Positions 1 to 9,247 of a stretch of 64,000 bases of DNA are shown here, piece by piece (positions within the stretch are counted from its first letter, which is position 1; each line of letters opens with the position of its first letter). Below the pieces are notes generated by a model. The model was not told the origin of the DNA. It ran no database searches and saw nothing but the letters and a program-made list of their open reading frames with translations. Source of the DNA: an uncultured Akkermansia sp. (GTDB taxonomy: Bacteria > Bacteroidota > Bacteroidia > Flavobacteriales_D > Crocinitomicaceae); the NCBI GenBank assembly GCA_964577845.1, contig CAZOAH010000011.1, positions 1,916 to 65,915 on the forward strand, given 5' to 3'. A program made the position numbers and the translations under genes.

Positions 1-2531
1 GGACCGACATCAATTGAAGCCAATGGCGTTGGATTGATGGTTATCGTGGCACTTTGAATTCCGTTACAACCAAACTGATTGCCCACTTGCAGCGTGATCA
101 GGTACAAACCATTTAATGGATACACTTTAACCGGATTTGGCAAAATAGATGAAGTATTGTCACCAAAATTCCAGTTGTAAATTAAACCATTTCCTGTTGG
201 TGTATTGTTAATAATATTGGCCTCTTGGTTTTGACAACTGTTTTCAATTAATAATTCAACTTGCGGAGTTGGATCAATAACCAAAACCTGAGTTATGGAA
301 TCTTTACAACCATTGGCATCTGTAACTGTGAACTCCACGTTATAGGATCCTGAATTATCAAAAATTCTATATGGTATAGGAATAATGGAATTGTTATAAG
401 CTCCAGTTTGTGGCATACCAAAATCCCAATAATAACTTGTAATGGCACCACTTCCGGCTGTACTCAAATTGGAAAATTGAATGGTTTCACCTTGGCAATG
501 GCCTGTATATCCAAAATCTACTGTGGGATTGGCATATATTTGAATGGTATCGTAAAAATATGCCCCACAAATTCCTTGAGAAACATACAGTTCCACCGGA
601 TAAATTCCAGGCGAATTGTATAAATGAGAAGGATTCTGCTGATTTGAAGTTTGGTTATCACCAAAATCCCACTGCCAACCATCTATAGGAGCAGCACCCG
701 CTGGGAGGCTATTGTCATCGAAAAAGGCTGAAAATCCATTACATACATTTGCTGTAGAAAAATTTGCATTTGGGGCTACTCCAACTATATTAACGTTAAC
801 AGTATCTTGAGCTATACAACCGTTGACATTTACACTTTCAAGAAAATATGTTCCAGAGGTATTGACTTGATAATTTGAAGGTTGACCTGGGGTAGCCGAA
901 CCATTCCACTCATAAGATACCGTAACGCCTGCACCTGTTTGTAATGACAAAAGATTACCCGAGCATAAATTTACGTCTGGACCTAGGGTGGCTGTGCTTG
1001 CATAATTATCCACAGTTACAAATAATGTATCTGACTTAATAAAACAACCAAACCCATCTGTAATTTTCACATAATAGCTTCCGGCCTGAGAAATTGTAAA
1101 GGTTGGAGTCGTAGAACCATTTTGCCACAAATACGAGAACGTTGGGGTAGGATAAGATGGTGCCCATGTAAATGAACTGTTTTCACATAATGAAGTTGAA
1201 GTTGGGAAGTTCATTGTAAATGGTGGAAACACTTCTATTGAATCGGAACTAACGTTGCCGAGGAAATCTGTAACTATAACCCAGTATATCCCAGGAGTTG
1301 TAACTGTAATAGAAGAGGTTGTTGCACCAGTTGACCAAGAATAACTTTGATAAACACTTTGTGCTTTCAATACTATGTTAGAACAAACTGTATTTGCATT
1401 CATTATTGTATCAGCGCCCAGACTTACCGGCGGGGCATATTTATACCTTAAGTAACTATCTACTAAATACTTATCAGCAGAAGACAACTCATTATTGTAT
1501 ATTAATATTTCACCAATATCGCCCTGGTAGTAACGGGTTGCGACTCCTCCATATTTTCCAATTTTCAATGTTGCTGTCGAATTGGGAAGTGCAGTTGGAA
1601 TGGAATTGATTGTTGATGTTGTTAACGAATTATTGTTTTTATAAAATTTCACTTTATTAACTTGCGTTCCATTGTATACAAGAGTCAAAAGTGCAGGTTT
1701 AAGCAAAACCATATCAGCATTTGTGGTAAATACTTTTTGATTTCCTGGGTCAGTAATGTTAAAACAAGGAGCAAACATCAACTCATCAGGTAGAGCAAAT
1801 TCTGTTTGCCATGCCCATGAACCCTGCGTTTGGTAATCCCATTTTGCCAAAATTGTTTTATTAACAGCAACCACAGTAGGCTTTACTAATACAAAAGCTT
1901 GAAAGGCATCCGTAAAATCAATTGAAGCATTATCCGCAATTTCAAGAAAGTCATTAACTCCATCGAAACGCATTATAGATTTATTGTTAATCAAACTGTC
2001 AGAACTCACAAACAATGGTCTTTGAGTCGACGAAACTTGACCAGCATTGTTAACATTTGAAGTAATATCATTTAAATTCTGAACATTTCCAGCACTTAAT
2101 GTAGTGCCTGAATTTGGGTCTAACCATACACTCAAACCAGGAACAGATAAGGGGGAAAATAAGACAAATGATTGCACATTAGACCAATTTGAGAACACGG
2201 CACCGTTAATACTTCTAACCCTCCAGAAATGAGATTGGCCGAAATTGGTTAATCCATTTACTAGGATTGAATTGTTAGACGTTGTTTGATCAAAAATAAA
2301 AGTTGTAAAATTAGGATTAAGTGAAATTTGAATTTGATAGTTCAAATTGGTGTAAACATCTTTATTCCACCTAAAATTAATATTGGTCTCTTTGGTTATC
2401 TCATTGGAATGGGGATAAATAAGTTCAGGAACAAACTGGGCGTATGAATTATTTGAGTATAAATAGCAAACAAGAACATTTAAAAATACTCCAATAAATT
2501 TCAAAATGAGATATCTTTTTGAATTTTCCAT
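1..2531 (-). CDS. Large secreted surface protein, N-terminal ~843 aa only (3' end off the left edge): signal peptide, LamG/concanavalin-like domain, then PKD-type Ig repeats
   Basis: Not in the ORF track. My own reverse-complement translation from the ATG at 2531-2529 reads MENSKRYLILKFIGVFLNVLVCYLYSNNSYAQ and appears open to base 1 (spot-checked at several points). The track lists no minus-strand ORF here, consistent with an ORF lacking an in-window stop. LamG-like block at about 1430-2000: MRFDGVNDFLEIADNASIDF...LVYNGTQVNKVKFYKNNN...YYQGDIGEILIYNNELSSADKYLVDSYLRYKY. PKD-like motifs: GWQWDFGDNQTS (~650-685), YYWDFGMPQTG (~415-445), YNWNFGDNTSS (~150-185). Confidence 0.75.
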   Translation of the reverse strand, partial: MENSKRYLILKFIGVFLNVLVCYLYSNNSYAQFVPELIYPHSNEITKETNINFRWNKDVYTNLNYQIQISLNPNFTTFIFDQTTSNNSILVNGLTNFGQSHFWRVRSINGAVFSNWSNVQSFVLFSPLSVPGLSVWLDPNSGTTLSAGNVQNLNDITSNVNNAGQVSSTQRPLFVSSDSLINNKSIMRFDGVNDFLEIADNASIDFTDAFQAFVLVKPTVVAVNKTILAKWDYQTQGSWAWQTEFALPDELMFAPCFNITDPGNQKVFTTNADMVLLKPALLTLVYNGTQVNKVKFYKNNNSLTTSTINSIPTALPNSTATLKIGKYGGVATRYYQGDIGEILIYNNELSSADKYLVDSYLRYKYAPPVSLGADTIMNANTVCSNIVLKAQSVYQSYSWSTGATTSSITVTTPGIYWVIVTDFLGNVSSDSIEVFPPFTMNFPTSTSLCENSSFTWAPSYPTPTFSYLWQNGSTTPTFTISQAGSYYVKITDGFGCFIKSDTLFVTVDNYASTATLGPDVNLCSGNLLSLQTGAGVTVSYEWNGSATPGQPSNYQVNTSGTYFLESVNVNGCIAQDTVNVNIVGVAPNANFSTANVCNGFSAFFDDNSLPAGAAPIDGWQWDFGDNQTSNQQNPSHLYNSPGIYPVELYVSQGICGAYFYDTIQIYANPTVDFGYTGHCQGETIQFSNLSTAGSGAITSYYWDFGMPQTGAYNNSIIPIPYRIFDNSGSYNVEFTVTDANGCKDSITQVLVIDPTPQVELLIENSCQNQEANIINNTPTGNGLIYNWNFGDNTSSILPNPVKVYPLNGLYLITLQVGNQFGCNGIQSATITINPTPLASIDVG

Positions 2532-2678
2532 TTATCACGATATTTCGGAATATAAAAATAACGCATTTAATTGATAATAGATTTAATAAATTCATTTTGA
2601 ATCGATTTCATTCATCAAATGCCTTGTTATGAATAGATTATATAAAGGTAGTAATTTATTATAATTGAGAAAAAACAC

Positions 2679-2686
2679 TATTTTTG
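2679..2686 (+). promoter_or_regulatory. Candidate Bacteroidota -7 promoter box (TAnnTTTG) for the glycan operon
   Basis: TATTTTTG ends 36 nt upstream of the wzm ATG at 2722. It lies inside the TTG-initiated extension of the track ORF, which argues for the ATG start. Confidence 0.4.
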
Positions 2687-2689
2687 AAA

Positions 2690-2708
2690 AGGATAAAATT
2701 TTTATCCT
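2690..2708. repeat. Perfect 8-bp inverted repeat (hairpin or operator) in the putative 5' leader of the glycan operon
   Basis: AGGATAAA-att-TTTATCCT read directly, between the -7 box and the wzm start. Confidence 0.6.
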
Positions 2709-2721
2709 GAAGTGCTACTTA

Positions 2722-3576
2722 ATGAAACAGAAAAATGAACATTGGACAGAAATCATTTCCCCGAAAAGAGGATGGCTGGACATAAATTTAAGGGAAATCT
2801 GGCGCTATCGGGACCTCATTTTTCTCTTTGTACGAAGAGATTTCGTGTCAATCTATAAACAAACAATATTAGGCCCCTTGTGGTTGATAATTCAGCCTCT
2901 TTTCACAACACTAATTTTTTATTTTGTCTTTAATCGAATAGCAAAAATATCCACTGATGGAATTGATCCGATTCTGTTTTACCTTTCGGGAATTACAATG
3001 TGGAATTATTTTTCAGACTGTTTTCTCAAAACGTCCAATACATTTACTGCGAATGCCTCAATTTTTGGAAAAGTTTATTTTCCTCGAATGACTACCCCAA
3101 TTTCAATTGTTATTTCAAATTTGATAAAGTTTTTCATTCAATTGCTTCTTTTCGGGCTTATTTCAATTTACCAAATTAATGTTAATGGTATTGACATTCA
3201 ACCCAATTATTATCTATTATTTCTACCCTATTATATTTTTTTGATGGCAATAATGGGGTTGGGATTAGGTATCTTTTTTTCAGCACTTACAACAAAATAT
3301 CGAGATTTAAGCTTTTTACTCGCATTTGGCATACAACTTCTGATGTATGCGACTCCTATAATTTACCCATTAAGTTACACACAAGGGAAATTACACAGCA
3401 TCTTGTCATACAACCCGATTTCTCCAATTGTTGAAAATTTCAGGTATTCCTTCTTCGGAGTTGGAATTTTTGATACTTCTGGATTAATTTATTCCAGCAT
3501 ATTTAGTTTTTGTGCTCTTCTTTTTGGAACAATCCTTTTCAATCGAGTAGAAAACAAATTCATGGATACCGTTTAG
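2722..3576 (+). CDS. wzm: ABC-2 type polysaccharide export permease (Wzm-like)
   Basis: REIWRYRDLIFLFVRRDFVSIYKQTILGPLWLIIQPL is the ABC-2 permease N-terminal signature. About 6 hydrophobic helices. Directly upstream of the ATPase. ATG at 2722 preferred over the track's TTG at 2665. Confidence 0.85.
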   Translation: MKQKNEHWTEIISPKRGWLDINLREIWRYRDLIFLFVRRDFVSIYKQTILGPLWLIIQPLFTTLIFYFVFNRIAKISTDGIDPILFYLSGITMWNYFSDCFLKTSNTFTANASIFGKVYFPRMTTPISIVISNLIKFFIQLLLFGLISIYQINVNGIDIQPNYYLLFLPYYIFLMAIMGLGLGIFFSALTTKYRDLSFLLAFGIQLLMYATPIIYPLSYTQGKLHSILSYNPISPIVENFRYSFFGVGIFDTSGLIYSSIFSFCALLFGTILFNRVENKFMDTV

Positions 3577-3591
3577 TTAAAAAATAAGAAG

Positions 3592-4830
3592 ATGCAGGTC
3601 ATCAAAGTTGAAAATCTATGCAAACAGTACCAATTGGGTCAAGTGAGTACCGGAACCATTTCCCATGATTTAAACCGTTGGTTTCATAGAATTAGGGGTA
3701 AAGAAGACCCATACGAAAAAATAACAATCGAAAATGCAAGAGAAGAAAAAGCAGATTCAAATTATGTTTGGGCCCTTAAAGATGTTAATTTTGATGTAAA
3801 TCAAGGAGAGGTTTTAGGAATCATAGGAAGAAATGGTGCTGGAAAAAGTACCTTATTAAAAATTCTCTCCAAAGTTACCGCTCCAACCAAGGGAAATATT
3901 AAAATTAGAGGCCGAATCGCCTCTCTTCTTGAGGTTGGAACTGGATTTCATCCTGAACTTACTGGTCGAGAAAATATTTTTTTAAATGGCGCAATTCTGG
4001 GAATGACAAAAAATGAAATCAGATCGAAATTCGATGAAATTGTTGTTTTTTCTGGCGTCGAAAAGTACATTGATACTCCTGTCAAAAGATACTCATCGGG
4101 AATGTACGTGCGCCTTGCATTTGCTGTAGCTGCACATTTGGAACCAGAAATATTGATCGTAGATGAAGTACTTGCCGTAGGAGATGCTGAATTTCAAAAA
4201 AAGTGTCTCGGAAAAATGAAAGACGTGAGCCGTCAGGGAAGAACAGTTCTTTTCGTAAGTCACAATTTGGTTGCTGTAAAATCGCTATGCCAAAGAGGAA
4301 TTTTAATGGAAAGAGGATCAATAACCTTCTCTGGAACTGCAGATGAAACAGTTGAAAAGTACATGAAAGCGAATGCCGATCAACTCAATCCTAAAATTTC
4401 ATTCGACACTCCAGCTGAGGCCATTGGTAACGAAATCATTAAAATTAGACAAATCGCGATAGAACCCAGCAATCCGTTTATTTCAGATGAAATCTCCATT
4501 CACTTTTCATTCTGGAATCTTTCAAATGAAGACGAAACGTTTTTGGCATTTGACATCCTCGATTTGCACGAAGAGGTAATTTTTGGTTCCGGTTTTAAGT
4601 TTAAAAAAGATGCCAATAATTTATCTTCTGGAAGGTGCAAAATCCCATCTAACCTTATGAACGACGGTATATATTCCATTCAACTGTATTTCAACTCTGC
4701 TGAAATGAGACCGTTGTATCAATTAGCAAATGCTGTTTCATTTGAAGTTGCCGACAAGGAACGTAATTATGCCTATTTCGGAAAAATTAACGGTGCTGTG
4801 CGACCTAAATTAAATTGGGAAACGGAATGA
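3592..4830 (+). CDS. wzt: Polysaccharide ABC transporter ATP-binding protein (Wzt-like) with a ~160-aa C-terminal extension
   Basis: Walker A GRNGAGKST (3826-3852), signature YSSGM, Walker B ILIVDE. At 412 aa it is longer than a ~250-aa ABC core. Confidence 0.9.
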   Translation: MQVIKVENLCKQYQLGQVSTGTISHDLNRWFHRIRGKEDPYEKITIENAREEKADSNYVWALKDVNFDVNQGEVLGIIGRNGAGKSTLLKILSKVTAPTKGNIKIRGRIASLLEVGTGFHPELTGRENIFLNGAILGMTKNEIRSKFDEIVVFSGVEKYIDTPVKRYSSGMYVRLAFAVAAHLEPEILIVDEVLAVGDAEFQKKCLGKMKDVSRQGRTVLFVSHNLVAVKSLCQRGILMERGSITFSGTADETVEKYMKANADQLNPKISFDTPAEAIGNEIIKIRQIAIEPSNPFISDEISIHFSFWNLSNEDETFLAFDILDLHEEVIFGSGFKFKKDANNLSSGRCKIPSNLMNDGIYSIQLYFNSAEMRPLYQLANAVSFEVADKERNYAYFGKINGAVRPKLNWETE

Positions 4831-5513
4831 AAAAGGTTGCAATACTTCAATCCAACTACATTCCTTGGAAAGGGTATTTCGACATTATTAAAATGGCTGA
4901 TGTTTTCGTTGTGTATGACGAAGTTCAGTATACAAAAAACGATTGGCGCAATAGAAACCAAATTAAAACAGCCAATGGCTTGTCATGGCTTACCATTCCT
5001 GTTATTCAAAAATCGTTGAATCAGAAAATCAATGAAACATTCGTTTCTCAAAGCAACTGGAATAAAAAACATTGGAATTCAATAACTTGTAATTATTCCA
5101 AAGCACCATTTTTCAAACAATTTGAGGAGGATATCAAACAACTCTATTCCTCAATCGAAACCCAAAATCTATCAGAAATCAACAAAATTTTCATTAAGAA
5201 AATCAATAAAATTCTTAATATTCAAACAGAAATAATTGATTCTCGTTCCTTAGAGTTGAATGGTGATAAAAACGAACGTTTAATTGATGCAGTAAAAAAG
5301 CTAAACGGTACGCATTATATTTCTGGTCCAGCCGCCAAAAGTTATCTTGATTTGAATAAATTTGAATCTGAGTCAATTCAAGTTGAGTGGGCCGACTACA
5401 ATGGATATCCAGAATATTCTCAGTTGTTTGGGGCATTTAAACATAACGTAAGTGTTATAGACTTGATTTTTAATGAAGGATTAAATGCAGTTAATTTTCT
5501 TAAAAACGTATGA
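4827..5513 (+). CDS. WbqC family protein (unknown role in amino-sugar pathways)
   Basis: MKKVAILQSNYIPWKGYFDIIKMADVFVVYDEVQYTKNDWRNRNQI..WLTIPV matches the WbqC-like N-terminal pattern. ATGA overlap with the wzt stop. Confidence 0.75.
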   Translation: MKKVAILQSNYIPWKGYFDIIKMADVFVVYDEVQYTKNDWRNRNQIKTANGLSWLTIPVIQKSLNQKINETFVSQSNWNKKHWNSITCNYSKAPFFKQFEEDIKQLYSSIETQNLSEINKIFIKKINKILNIQTEIIDSRSLELNGDKNERLIDAVKKLNGTHYISGPAAKSYLDLNKFESESIQVEWADYNGYPEYSQLFGAFKHNVSVIDLIFNEGLNAVNFLKNV

Positions 5514-6145
5514 AAAAACTCGCCATAATTGGATCAGGAGATTTAGGTAAACAAATTGCACAATTGGCTTTCGATAATTCCCATTATGAGATTTCTGGGT
5601 TTTATGACGATTTCGAACCAATAGGGAATCTAATTCATGGCTATCCTATTCTAGGAAAAATTGAGAATATCGAAGATCATTTTGAAAATGGAGCTTTCCA
5701 AGAATTACTGATTGGAATCGGTTATAAACATATGGATTTTCGGCAAGAACTATTCAATCGTTTAAAAAACCATATTCCTTTTGGAAAAATCGTTCATTCA
5801 TCTTGCACCATACATCACTCCGCTTCCATTGGTTTTGGATCAATCCTCTTTTCAGGAACCCAAGTGGATATGGGTAGTGTAATTGGCGAAAATTGCATAA
5901 TCTACAATGGATGCATTATTGCTCACGATACACAAATTGGCTCACATTCAATTGTTTCTCCTGGTGTTCAAATTGCTGGTTTTTGTAAAATCGGAGGAAA
6001 TGTAAATTTAGGAATCGGAACAATTGTATCAGACAATGTTAAAATAAAAAGAGGCACAAGAACCGGAGCAGGTGCAGTAATCGTCAATGATATTAATGAG
6101 GCAGGGCTTTACGTTGGAATTCCTGCAAAAAAAATAAAATCATGA
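5510..6145 (+). CDS. NeuD/PglD-type sugar N-acetyltransferase (left-handed beta-helix)
   Basis: N-terminal Rossmann-like IIGSGDLGKQI, then hexapeptide repeats (IGENCIIYNGCIIAHDTQIGSHSIVSPGVQIAG). ATGA overlaps on both sides. Confidence 0.8.
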   Translation: MKKLAIIGSGDLGKQIAQLAFDNSHYEISGFYDDFEPIGNLIHGYPILGKIENIEDHFENGAFQELLIGIGYKHMDFRQELFNRLKNHIPFGKIVHSSCTIHHSASIGFGSILFSGTQVDMGSVIGENCIIYNGCIIAHDTQIGSHSIVSPGVQIAGFCKIGGNVNLGIGTIVSDNVKIKRGTRTGAGAVIVNDINEAGLYVGIPAKKIKS

Positions 6146-7275
6146 AAATTCCTTTCAATAAACCTTTTCTTGCTGGTAACGAAACGAAATACATTGAGGA
6201 TGCAGTACTTTCAATGAAAATTTCTGGTGATGGAATTTTTACAAAAAAATGCCATGCATTTTTTGAAGAAAAATACGGTTTTAACAAGTGTTTATTAACC
6301 ACTTCCTGCACAGATGCTTTGGAAATGGCAGCAATACTCATTAACATTGAACCTGGTGATGAAGTTATTATGCCATCATATACTTTTGTATCAACAGCAA
6401 ATGCTTTCGTTTTAAGAGGAGCGCGAATAGTTTTTGCAGACTCTTTGCCCAATCACCCGAACATTGACGTTTCTAAAATTGAATCTTTAATTACCAATAA
6501 AACCAAAGCAATTGTTCCTGTTCATTACGGAGGAGTAGCCTGTGACATGGATGAAATCCTTGCATTGGCAAAAAAATACTGCCTTTATGTAATAGAAGAT
6601 GCCGCTCAAGCGATTGATTCCTATTACAAAGGGAAACCATTAGGCAGTTTTGGGCACCTTGCTGCATTTTCATTTCACGAAACAAAGAACATTATTTCTG
6701 GTGAAGGTGGTATGTTGGTCATCAACGACAATCAATTTTCAGAAAGGGCTGAAATCATTCGTGAAAAAGGAACAAACAGAAGCCAGTTTTATCGAGGTGA
6801 AGCTGACAAATATGGATGGATGGATATCGGTTCCTCCTTCTTACCTTCCGATATCATCGCTGCTTTCTTGTATGCGCAATTGGAAAACATCGAAAACATT
6901 CAAAAGAAACGTATTTCGCATTGGAATTCTTTCTACAATAAGCTAAAACCAGTAGCAGACCAAAATCATTTCACAATTCTTGAAAGTGGCGAAAATAAAA
7001 CAAACAACGGACATCTATTTGCGCTAATATTAAACGACCTTGAAACACGTTCAAAATTAATTTCACACCTGCGGGATCAAAGCATTCTTGCCGTTTTCCA
7101 TTATTTAAGCCTACATAAGAGTCATTTTTACGCCGACAAACACGATGGAAGGGATTTGTATAATTGTGATAAATTTTCAGATACACTTATGCGCTTGCCC
7201 TTTTATTACGATTTGACGTCAGAAGAAATTGATTTAATTTGTAATCATATCATTGATTTTTTTGATGGAAAATAA
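6142..7275 (+). CDS. wecE: dTDP-4-amino-4,6-dideoxygalactose transaminase (WecE/RffA-like, DegT family)
   Basis: Collinear with E. coli WecE as I recall it: IPFNKP, GDEVIMPSYTFVSTANAFVLRGA, FSFHETKN (PLP lysine), AEIIREKGTNRSQF, DKYGWMDIGSS. Confidence 0.85.
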   Translation: MKIPFNKPFLAGNETKYIEDAVLSMKISGDGIFTKKCHAFFEEKYGFNKCLLTTSCTDALEMAAILINIEPGDEVIMPSYTFVSTANAFVLRGARIVFADSLPNHPNIDVSKIESLITNKTKAIVPVHYGGVACDMDEILALAKKYCLYVIEDAAQAIDSYYKGKPLGSFGHLAAFSFHETKNIISGEGGMLVINDNQFSERAEIIREKGTNRSQFYRGEADKYGWMDIGSSFLPSDIIAAFLYAQLENIENIQKKRISHWNSFYNKLKPVADQNHFTILESGENKTNNGHLFALILNDLETRSKLISHLRDQSILAVFHYLSLHKSHFYADKHDGRDLYNCDKFSDTLMRLPFYYDLTSEEIDLICNHIIDFFDGK

Positions 7276-8410
7276 AATAAAGGTTCTTTTTGTTGTTTCT
7301 GAATTTTATCAGGCAGGCACCCAAAGGTTTACCTATGAATTGGACAGGGCGCTCAACAAAGTCCTTTTTTCAGTTGAAATTTTATGTCTTTTGCCATTAA
7401 ATGCTAGTGATCGTTTTAAAGATTATTACTATCAAAAACATATAGAATTGGGGTCGAAGATACATTTCATTAATGAAATCAATCAACTCACTTCGCCTTC
7501 TCTCAAACAAAAATTACAGCGTCGTCTTTTAAACAAGCCATACCAAGATGAACGTTTTCAGATAAAATCGTTTTTTGATCAATTCGATTGTATTTCGATT
7601 ATGGGCGAGTACAATTTCAAGGAAATTTACAAATACATTACAATTGAGAATAAGCAGAAATTACTCATTCATATACAGAACTCTAAATTTCAAGTTCCAT
7701 CAACCTACGACTACTTTCCAAAGAATCAAGAATTTCACTTTGTGTCAGGATTTCATGAAGGTCAAATAGAAGAAGAACTATCAGAATTTAGTCGATTTAA
7801 ACATACCTATTACAATTTGAATTTCAAATTTGAAAACACCTTTGAAAAAACAAATTACCAATCTTCAAGAACACCTAAAATTGGCATTTTCACAAGACTT
7901 ACACCTGCAAAACCGTTAGATCCATTTATTTATTCGTTTCAATTGCTAAAAGAACAAATTCCAGAAGCCGAATTACACATTTTTGGAAGTGGAGATCCTT
8001 TAATAGAGGGAGTTAATCGATATGTTAAACAATTGAAGCTGGAGCAAGCGATTCATTTTCGAGGTCATCAAGAAAATATTTTAAAAGCTGCTATTGAAGA
8101 CAATCTCGATTTGGTTTGGGTTCATGGATACCATGGTTTACCTGGGGGTTGGGTAAGTTTTGATCTCAGCACAGCAAAGTTTCCTCAATTATTTTGGAAT
8201 TTTGGTAACAATGAGAATTCAAAGAATTATTCTTTTTTTCCAATGTTCAATTCAATTCGCGAATTAGCAGATAACAGTATACAAATATTACAAGACCCGA
8301 ATTTGGCACAATCACTTGCGATGGAACAATTTCAATATACCAATACCCACTACAATATCGAGAACAATATTCAAGTGATGGAGGCATTGTATCAAACTAT
8401 AAAACAATGA
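7265..8410 (+). CDS. Glycosyltransferase, GT-B fold (GT4-like)
   Basis: KVLFVVSEFYQAGTQRF N-terminus and IGIFTRL...ELHIFGSGD C-terminal half. ATG at 7265 preferred over the TTG at 7253. Confidence 0.55.
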   Translation: MENKIKVLFVVSEFYQAGTQRFTYELDRALNKVLFSVEILCLLPLNASDRFKDYYYQKHIELGSKIHFINEINQLTSPSLKQKLQRRLLNKPYQDERFQIKSFFDQFDCISIMGEYNFKEIYKYITIENKQKLLIHIQNSKFQVPSTYDYFPKNQEFHFVSGFHEGQIEEELSEFSRFKHTYYNLNFKFENTFEKTNYQSSRTPKIGIFTRLTPAKPLDPFIYSFQLLKEQIPEAELHIFGSGDPLIEGVNRYVKQLKLEQAIHFRGHQENILKAAIEDNLDLVWVHGYHGLPGGWVSFDLSTAKFPQLFWNFGNNENSKNYSFFPMFNSIRELADNSIQILQDPNLAQSLAMEQFQYTNTHYNIENNIQVMEALYQTIKQ

Positions 8411-8422
8411 AAAAAGTGAAAG

Positions 8423-9241
8423 ATGATTGTAAACTATAAACTTGGTGAAAATATCATTTCTTTAGAATTGAACGGGGATACCTATGTTGGTTCTGATGAA
8501 GTTTTACTTTCACAGGATGAAAACCTCATTGAAAATACCACTTGGCATAACATCGGATATAGTATAGAGCAATTTCTCACCGATCAAGAGTTCATTGCGA
8601 TTCAACTTGGGATAAAGGAATTAATTTCAAAAAAAATATCAGAAGCTGGAGGCTTAACCGATGCGCATTTTAGATTAGAGGACTATCATTTATATGTTGA
8701 TAACGAAATCCATTTGAACTTCGCCCGTTTAATTCAATCAGGATGGAACGTTAGTGAATTTCCAATAGACATTCAAGAAATTAATCATCGTATATCTGAA
8801 ATTATAGGGCAAGAGGTTTCTACAAAGGCAAAACACGTCGACATGAATAATTTTTTCGTGCGTGTTGTAAGACCTCAAAATTTTCAAGATAACAACCCTC
8901 CCCATCGGGATGTATGGCTTGATCGACTTCGTGATGCAGTGAACATCTATGTTCCAATTTGTGGGAGTAATGAGCAAAGTTCATTAGGACTTGTGCCCGG
9001 AAGTCATTTATTAAAAGAATCTGAAATTGAACGAACTGTGCAAGGTGCTGTGTTAAATGGAACAAGTTACACCGTACCTTGTGTAATATCTATCAAAAAT
9101 GAAATGCCAAGTTTGATTAGACCCAATCCTTTAGAGAATGAGGTTATGTTGTTTTCACCCTATTTGGTGCACGGCGGAGGATACAATTTTAATGATAATC
9201 AGACGAGAATATCACTCGAGATGAGATTTTGGAAAATTTAA
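8423..9241 (+). CDS. Fe(II)/2-oxoglutarate dioxygenase, phytanoyl-CoA dioxygenase (PhyH)-like
   Basis: HxD...H facial triad candidates: PPH161RD163VW (8903-8911) and LVH250GGG (9170-9172), followed by RISLEMRF. Confidence 0.6.
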   Translation: MIVNYKLGENIISLELNGDTYVGSDEVLLSQDENLIENTTWHNIGYSIEQFLTDQEFIAIQLGIKELISKKISEAGGLTDAHFRLEDYHLYVDNEIHLNFARLIQSGWNVSEFPIDIQEINHRISEIIGQEVSTKAKHVDMNNFFVRVVRPQNFQDNNPPHRDVWLDRLRDAVNIYVPICGSNEQSSLGLVPGSHLLKESEIERTVQGAVLNGTSYTVPCVISIKNEMPSLIRPNPLENEVMLFSPYLVHGGGYNFNDNQTRISLEMRFWKI

Positions 9242-9247
9242 TTCATT

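Noticed and set aside
408-1609. Plus-strand 71-aa ORFs at 408-623 and 1394-1609, the only track entries in the first 2.6 kb.
   Set aside because: They are shadows of the long minus-strand LamG/PKD gene, which has recognisable domain motifs across the same bases.
2532-2721. Possibility of an invertible (phase-variable) promoter in front of the glycan locus, as in Bacteroides capsule loci.
   Set aside because: No flanking long inverted repeats and no nearby site-specific recombinase. Only short palindromes (AATCGATT and the 8-bp hairpin) are present.
4082-4321. Many 60-130-aa ORFs antisense to or out of frame with large genes. Examples: 4082-4321, 6093-6452, 16037-16426, 20645-21019, 21326-21583, 25096-25494, 40551-40808, 47486-47764, 48084-48455, 49187-49486, 50901-51284.
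   Set aside because: Each lies wholly inside a longer ORF that has clear family motifs. Their translations are low-complexity or Cys/Ser/Leu-rich, as expected for shadow frames in AT-rich DNA.
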